Shown: piece after piece, positions 59,563 through 64,000 of the stretch
Layout: each line of letters opens with the position of its first letter
Numbering within the stretch: the first letter of the stretch is position 1
Assembly (NCBI GenBank): GCA_963664225.1
Contig: OY760937.1
Coordinates: 4,640,001-4,704,000, forward strand
From: Verrucomicrobiia bacterium
Lineage (GTDB): Bacteria > Verrucomicrobiota > Verrucomicrobiia > Limisphaerales > UBA1319
DNA: 64,000 nt
Direction: 5' to 3'
Notes under the pieces: model-generated
What the model saw: only the letters and a program-made list of their open reading frames with translations
Database searches by the model: none
What the model was told of the DNA's origin: nothing
Position numbers and translations under genes: made by a program

Positions 59563-60594
59563 ATGGCTCAAAGTATTTTTCATGCCAGTGTGGAGGGCGC
59601 GCAACACGGTGCCAAGAGTCTGGCTGATTTTCTGGCGTATGCCAAGAAATCCGGTGCAGCGGGCGCGCAACCTTCGAACTTCATGTTGCAGACCGATAAA
59701 GGCCTGATGACCGCCAAACAGGTCAAACAGGCTTTTGAAAAAGCAGGGATGAAGTTGGATGGAATCAGTTGTCATTGCCCCTTCTGGGTGCATACGACGG
59801 CCTGGACGCAGAGTCCGACGATCCGTCCGTTTATTCCGGCGGATGTGGCCAAGAAATCCCCGGCTGAGATTGAAAAATGGGCTGAGGAATATTTGCTGGG
59901 TCTTTTCGATCTTTCGGCGGAGCTGGGGGTGAAGATTCTGCCCATGTTCTGGGGCGTGGCGTTCGGCTGGGAGCTGGCGACCGGATATCCCTGGGGATTC
60001 TGGAAGGGCGGCGACTTCGATTTCATCAAGGAAGGCCAGGAACGGTTTGTCAAAAAGACCGCAAAACTGCGCAAACGGGCCAATGAATTGGGCATTTACC
60101 TTTGCCATGAGATTCATCCGGGCACGGCGGCCATGTGCGCTGACGATTTCAACATGCTCGTCAAGATTTGCAACGGCGACAAGTGCGTGGCGGTCAATGC
60201 GGATCCCTCCCATTGCTGGGAAGGGGAGAACTGGGAAACCCGTTTCCTGAAGGTGGGTTCGAGAATCAACGCCTGCCATATTAAAAACTACGTCATCCGC
60301 CCCGGAGTTCCATTGCGCATGATGGAGCCCAACTGGCAGAAGCGCGGGATGCAGTTTGTGGACATCCCGACGGGTGATTTGAACATGACCCGGTACGTGG
60401 AGTTGCTGATGCATGTGGGCTATACGCAGCGTTATTGCGAGATCATGGGCACCAAGACGGCGCCATTGATCGTCGAGGCGGAGAGCGCCTACCGCGAGTT
60501 GGACGCCACCAGCGCCAACGGGATCCAATTCGTTCGGGACAATCTCTGCTTCCCTCCGGCGGCAGGCTCCTTTGAAGACGGCATGGGCGCATAG
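59563..60594 (+). CDS. Sugar phosphate isomerase/epimerase (xylose-isomerase-like TIM barrel)
   Basis: HEIHP, N.DPSH, H.K, VEAE metal ligands. Confidence 0.85.
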   Translation: MAQSIFHASVEGAQHGAKSLADFLAYAKKSGAAGAQPSNFMLQTDKGLMTAKQVKQAFEKAGMKLDGISCHCPFWVHTTAWTQSPTIRPFIPADVAKKSPAEIEKWAEEYLLGLFDLSAELGVKILPMFWGVAFGWELATGYPWGFWKGGDFDFIKEGQERFVKKTAKLRKRANELGIYLCHEIHPGTAAMCADDFNMLVKICNGDKCVAVNADPSHCWEGENWETRFLKVGSRINACHIKNYVIRPGVPLRMMEPNWQKRGMQFVDIPTGDLNMTRYVELLMHVGYTQRYCEIMGTKTAPLIVEAESAYRELDATSANGIQFVRDNLCFPPAAGSFEDGMGA

Positions 60595-60626
60595 CCGATC
60601 CGATCTTCAATGCGGAGACTTTAATG

Positions 60627-60653
60627 GGATGCGCTTCGGCGCATCCTTTTTTT
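60627..60653 (+). terminator. Rho-independent terminator
   Basis: GGATGCGC TTCG GCGCATCC TTTTTTT. Confidence 0.9.
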
Positions 60654-60754
60654 ATATAATAAATTGCGCGAGCGGGGCGCATGGATTTTATTGTCGTGTT
60701 TATCGAAACCAGATGAACGTTGAAGTTCGCTCAGGCAATTGTCGGTTTTACTGA

Positions 60755-61633
60755 ATGAAAATGACCAAGGCACAGATTGAGCGCAAGTTGTCCGAATTGG
60801 CGGCATTGCGGAAGATAGTCATCGCCATAAACAGTCAAATTGGTGATTTGGATGCGGTTGTTCGCCTGATTTTGACCAGCGTGTGTGAACTTATTGGCGC
60901 CCGGCACGGGTCGCTGATGTTGATTCATAGCGGTAGCAACAGCCTGCATATTGCGGCGGTGGTGGGCGACGATTGGACGATGCAGAAGAAGTCGTGTGTT
61001 TTGGCGCTTGGGGAGGGGATTACCGGCCGGGTGGCGGCGACAGGGCAGGCCTATTTGTGCTCTGATGTCAGCAAAGACAGTCATTATTTTCCGTTATTCG
61101 ATTATATTGTATCGGAAATGGCGGTTCCCGTGGTTTCCCAGGGTCGTGCTCTGGGTGTGATCAACGTGGATAGCGAGAGGATGGAGGCGTTCACCCCGGC
61201 GGATATGGATTTGGTGGCGATGCTGGCGGACCACGCAGCGATAGCCATTGAGAATGCGCGGCAATTTCAACTGGCGCGGGCGGATCGTGAGCGCTGGCTG
61301 CAATTATTTAACATGTTGCCGGACGGCGTGCTGCTCTGCGATGCCTCGGGTAATGTGGAGCGCGCAAACGCCCATTTTTCGAGGCTCTTCAATCTGGCGC
61401 CGGACCAGATTTTAGGTTATGCGGTGGATGTGGTTTTAAGGCCGTTTCTGAGTTCGGGGCTCGAGTCTGGTTGGGAGAGTCTTCTTAGGGACGGACAGGC
61501 ATTGAACGCGGTATTTATGGCCAATCAACGCCGGATCCGCATCGTTTACGCGCAGCCATTTCTCATGGGAGACAAGACGGCCATCCTTTTGTGCATGCGG
61601 GAAATGGAGCCTGTCGCTGCCGCGAAGGCATAG
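60755..61633 (+). CDS. GAF + PAS sensor protein without output domain
   Basis: GEGITG.VA..G, SE.AVP, AF...D, AIENAR, then PDGV...D..G....AN. Confidence 0.88.
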   Translation: MKMTKAQIERKLSELAALRKIVIAINSQIGDLDAVVRLILTSVCELIGARHGSLMLIHSGSNSLHIAAVVGDDWTMQKKSCVLALGEGITGRVAATGQAYLCSDVSKDSHYFPLFDYIVSEMAVPVVSQGRALGVINVDSERMEAFTPADMDLVAMLADHAAIAIENARQFQLARADRERWLQLFNMLPDGVLLCDASGNVERANAHFSRLFNLAPDQILGYAVDVVLRPFLSSGLESGWESLLRDGQALNAVFMANQRRIRIVYAQPFLMGDKTAILLCMREMEPVAAAKA

Positions 61634-61637
61634 GGGA

Positions 61638-63272
61638 TCAAAGAGGATAATCGGGGTATTTTTGGGCGATTTCCATGCCGACCTTTTCCGCACGGTCCGC
61701 GTGGTCCGATTTTTTAAGGGTTTCGCGCCACTGAAGCAGCAAGCGAAGCGTCTGCATGGGTGAGGGCGATTGTTTCAAGGCATCTTCGTAGTTGGCGGCG
61801 GCGGCGTTGTATTCCTTTCGTTCCAGATTCAAGTCACCCAACTTTTCAAGAAGAACGGCGCTGCGTTTTGTTAAGGGCAGTTCCTCCAGGTATTTGATGA
61901 GTTCCATTGTGGGAGTTCCTGTGGCCTGGTTCAGGTTGACCGCGCGCAAGTGAGACCATTCGATTAGTGGACTTTCACGGCGTTTCAGGTTCTCGTGGAG
62001 CGCGCCAGGCGCGATCCCAAAGGGGCGATAAAGGGGATCTCCAACCACGGTGGTTTGCCAGGAAAGCATGATTTGCGAGGCATAGGCGGCCTCACCAAAA
62101 GAATAACGACTCAAAATGCGTGAAAAAAACACACTCAAATTGGGTGTGCCCAGGAGGTAAGGTTCCTGCACGCTTCCCATGGTGGCGGTGGCGCCCTTGG
62201 CCAGAAGGGGTCCGACCCAGTTCTGGGTGCTGCTGCGGATGGCGACTCCGCCAAAGGAGTGGAGGTGATAGGCAATGGCGCCGGGCATGAATTCGACTTT
62301 AGGTTGGGTGAAGGGGCCGTTGACTTGCTCAGTCCACCACCCGGCATAAAAAGCCACCTGACTGAGTGGAAACCAAGCGGGCAAAAGTTCGGGTTTGTCG
62401 TCCAGAAAAGTCTCGAAACCCATCCGCCTGGTTGTGGCGGCGGCACTTCGGATCCAGTCGTCCCCCGTTTTATAGTTGGTATTGGTGAAACCGCGGGCAT
62501 CGAAATAGGCGCGTCCCCAGAGTCCATTGGTTTCGGCATCCATTGCCTTGTCCACCAATGCCTTGGCGATTACCGACGACGGGCCATCCAATCGCGCGGT
62601 GATGAGGACTCCGTTGGTTGGATGGATCAGGGCGGTATTGGTGTTGCCATAAACCGGATTTGGAAAAGGGCCGAACAGGCGGTAGCCATTTTTTGAAATG
62701 GGCAGAAGCGCCATTTCGCTATCGACAGCCGCTTCGTTGCCACGCAGTTCGGATTTTACATCGTCCTCTCCCGGTTCTTTCAAATTGGCATCCTTGATGA
62801 TTCGAAAGGGAACGCCATAGCAAAAGACCAGATAACGGATTTTAGATTGAATCAGGCGATAGTTAATCTGTCCGGGTTTGCTGGCGGTGGCCGGGACAAT
62901 GTCGCTTTGGAATTGGAACAGTTTGCGATCCTCCAGGGTCTGCAGAACGGGGAGCTGGAGTCGGTCTCGGAAATCGGCGCGGGTGAAATTGTCAGTGGTG
63001 GGCAGTGCCAATCCCAGGATCTGGCCCGGAGGGATATGTCGCAACGCCGCGTAATGATCGGCCACCTCTTTTGATTCGGGCGATGCGCTATTATAGACCA
63101 CAAAGACTTCATCGCCTGGATTCGGTTGAGCGTGCGTTGCGAGCGGCAGCCCGAGAATGGCCAGCAGGGAGAGCAAACATCCCAGATTAAAGAGGCCGCG
63201 GTGAGACGCAACCTGCGCGCACGATACCGCTTCGATTCTGATTCTGGAGGTATGTTTGGTGCGGGTGTTCAT
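61638..63272 (-). CDS. TIGR03790-like exported protein with C-terminal TPR
   Basis: VVYN....S..VA..Y...R.IP, RLDG, GAIAYHLHS, G.V.EPYL, LSW....VGDPLYRPF; start uncertain. Confidence 0.8.
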   Translation of the reverse strand: MNTRTKHTSRIRIEAVSCAQVASHRGLFNLGCLLSLLAILGLPLATHAQPNPGDEVFVVYNSASPESKEVADHYAALRHIPPGQILGLALPTTDNFTRADFRDRLQLPVLQTLEDRKLFQFQSDIVPATASKPGQINYRLIQSKIRYLVFCYGVPFRIIKDANLKEPGEDDVKSELRGNEAAVDSEMALLPISKNGYRLFGPFPNPVYGNTNTALIHPTNGVLITARLDGPSSVIAKALVDKAMDAETNGLWGRAYFDARGFTNTNYKTGDDWIRSAAATTRRMGFETFLDDKPELLPAWFPLSQVAFYAGWWTEQVNGPFTQPKVEFMPGAIAYHLHSFGGVAIRSSTQNWVGPLLAKGATATMGSVQEPYLLGTPNLSVFFSRILSRYSFGEAAYASQIMLSWQTTVVGDPLYRPFGIAPGALHENLKRRESPLIEWSHLRAVNLNQATGTPTMELIKYLEELPLTKRSAVLLEKLGDLNLERKEYNAAAANYEDALKQSPSPMQTLRLLLQWRETLKKSDHADRAEKVGMEIAQKYPDYPL

Positions 63273-63309
63273 GTCTGCTCTGATATCATAGACGCAAAAA
63301 CGGGGCATT

Positions 63310-63999
63310 TTATTCTACGACGACCTTTAATCCGTCGTAAGCCAGCCAGACGCCGGGTGGGAGTTCGGCTTGATCCTTGTCGTGGTCGTATTCGTGGGTT
63401 AAATGGGTAAAAAAGGTGCGTTTCGCGCCAATGCGCCGGGCTGCGGTCAGAGCCTCATCCAGGCACATGTGGGTCCAATGCGGTGTATGGCGCAGGGCGT
63501 CGAGAACGACCACGGACACCCCGCGAATCAGTTCCAGGGCGGGCTCGGGAACCTCCTTGCAATCGGTCAAATAGGCCAGCAATTTCGCGCCATTGCGTGA
63601 GAAAAGGTAGCCGGTGGTGGTGGTTTTGCCATGGGGCAGGTCCATCGGGGTTACCTCCAAATCCCCCAATTGAAACGGCCCTTCCACCAGGTGGGGTTCG
63701 GGTATGAAATAGCCTTTGGGGTGGGGTCCATCATGGAAGGCATAGGCGAACACCCGTTTAAGATTGTTCATGGATTCGAGACTGGCGTAGATGGGCAGGG
63801 GCTTGTCGTGGCGCAGGTCGCAAAAACGGCGGCAATCGTCCATTCCCATGATGTGATCGGCGTGGGCGTGCGTGACCAGCACCGCATCGATATGCTTTAT
63901 TTTTTCCCGCAAAATCTGAATGCGAAATTCCGGCGGGGTATCGATGACAAACTGAACTTTCTGCGTGGCCACGTAGATGGCGGGACGCAGGCGGTGGTT
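63310..63999 (-). CDS. MBL-fold metallo-hydrolase (PhnP-like), 5' end outside window
   Basis: [22 protein letters not shown]; frame open to the window edge. Confidence 0.92.
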   Translation of the reverse strand, partial: NHRLRPAIYVATQKVQFVIDTPPEFRIQILREKIKHIDAVLVTHAHADHIMGMDDCRRFCDLRHDKPLPIYASLESMNNLKRVFAYAFHDGPHPKGYFIPEPHLVEGPFQLGDLEVTPMDLPHGKTTTTGYLFSRNGAKLLAYLTDCKEVPEPALELIRGVSVVVLDALRHTPHWTHMCLDEALTAARRIGAKRTFFTHLTHEYDHDKDQAELPPGVWLAYDGLKVVVE

Positions 64000-64000
64000 T

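Overview
Bacterial chromosomal segment. Gene content and protein style suggest Verrucomicrobiota, probably subdivision 3 (inference only). Most of it is ordinary housekeeping DNA: tol-pal, aroE-pilD, dedA-ackA, tRNA-Leu, kdsB-pyrG-folC, sdhCAB, fur-pgm-nuoA, pfkA, riboflavin synthase, rpmI-rplT-pheST, uxaC and pilB-pilT-pilB-pilC. Four accessory features stand out. (1) At 1-3043, a tightly packed array of unrelated short genes has the same DNA repeat at every junction (ATGAAACCCAAACTCATCCTCTGCCTCGCGCTCGTTTTGAGCGG-like, encoding MKPKLILCLALVLSG). The repeat overlaps or abuts the previous stop codon, occurs once as an 'empty' 12-codon unit and once fused to a truncated hydrolase. This is the best candidate for an undescribed cassette-type gene capture or shuffling system; no recombinase for it is visible in the window. 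(2) An orphan NHLP-like Cys-rich peptide gene sits behind a long structured leader, next to a gene bracketed by 103-bp direct repeats. (3) An IS110 element has a bridge-RNA-like upstream region whose loop matches a reconstructable target. (4) A RAYT transposase is flanked by 7 + 20 same-orientation GTAG-REP units. All calls come from reading the sequence; no searches were run.
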